DNA of 64,000 nt. Source: Octopus sinensis (Eukaryota). The stretch's first letter is position 1, and the number at the start of each line of letters is the position of its first letter. The notes beneath the pieces were generated by a model. The model saw only the letters and a list, made by a program, of their open reading frames with translations. It was not told where the DNA came from and did not search any database. The DNA is taken from assembly GCF_006345805.1 (NCBI RefSeq), contig NC_043004.1, positions 3,100,001 to 3,164,000 of the forward strand. The letters run 5' to 3'. A program made the position numbers and the translations under genes. Below, one piece after another: positions 63,447 to 64,000 of this stretch.

Positions 63447-64000
63447 CATATTATTATTATTATTATTATGACTAGAGTTTTTTTGGCATTTGTTGAATTC
63501 GGTTTAGCATATAGCTAAATATCTCCGAGTTTTTCGTATTCTTTGTGAAGCAGGAGACCATCACAATGGGATTGGCAGATATTAACTTTAATTGGTCAAG
63601 AGAGTATGTCAGTTTATAAAAATTCAGTAAGACTCCATCCTTAGCCTTCAGCGCTTTGATCCTTACACTTAACCTAGCACAAATATACTTTGAGATTCTG
63701 ACATGACTGCTCTGAGCTGTGGTTACTGAGGTCAATTTTGTATGAATCCTTTCTGACATGTGAGGGAGCTTATATAACAGAGAAACTACAATCTGTATTT
63801 TGCAGTCGGGTTCCTCTCCATTGTATGCAAATATCTTTTGCTTTACATTCATTTTTGATTTATAATTCACACTGATATGAATTTATCTATCGATAAGAAC
63901 TAATTACTTAACTTATATCAATTGTCTTCAATTTAAACGAAGATCTTGCGTGTCTTTTCTACACTTAAGGCTTTACAGAACCAGCCAACATTTTCCACAA

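Noticed and set aside
63472-63870. 132-aa ORF at the window end
   Set aside because: No recognisable family; could be a decayed TE or an exon, and would need a BLASTx search

Overview
AT-rich, microsatellite-saturated eukaryotic intergenic or intronic DNA. The SINE set and simple-repeat load look like an octopod cephalopod genome (inference from pattern recognition). I found no host protein-coding exon, rRNA, true tRNA or CRISPR array, and nearly all listed ORFs are microsatellite read-throughs. The window is a nested transposon graveyard. It holds four tRNA-derived SINE families (my labels A-D), Tc1/mariner, Tigger-, hAT-, MULE- and piggyBac-like remnants, HERO and R4/Dong restriction-like-endonuclease LINE ends, CR1/Jockey-group remnants, and decayed Penelope-like (RT + GIY-YIG) elements. 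The main signal is a set of at least five unrelated short repeat families that each carry a minimal type I hammerhead ribozyme (HHR). (1) A near-identical ~600-bp tandem array with one HHR per unit, intact in three of four units (8874-11148). (2) A 358-bp circularly permuted retrozyme-like unit with a U3:A8 HHR and an inverted partial copy (15753-16364). (3) A tRNA-headed SINE with an internal HHR (three copies). (4) A ~200-bp family resident in (TA)n tracts. (5) A G3:C8 variant. Together these suggest a Penelope-dependent, ribozyme-processed small/circular RNA mobilome. All structures were folded by eye, and element boundaries are approximate unless a TIR or TSD is quoted.
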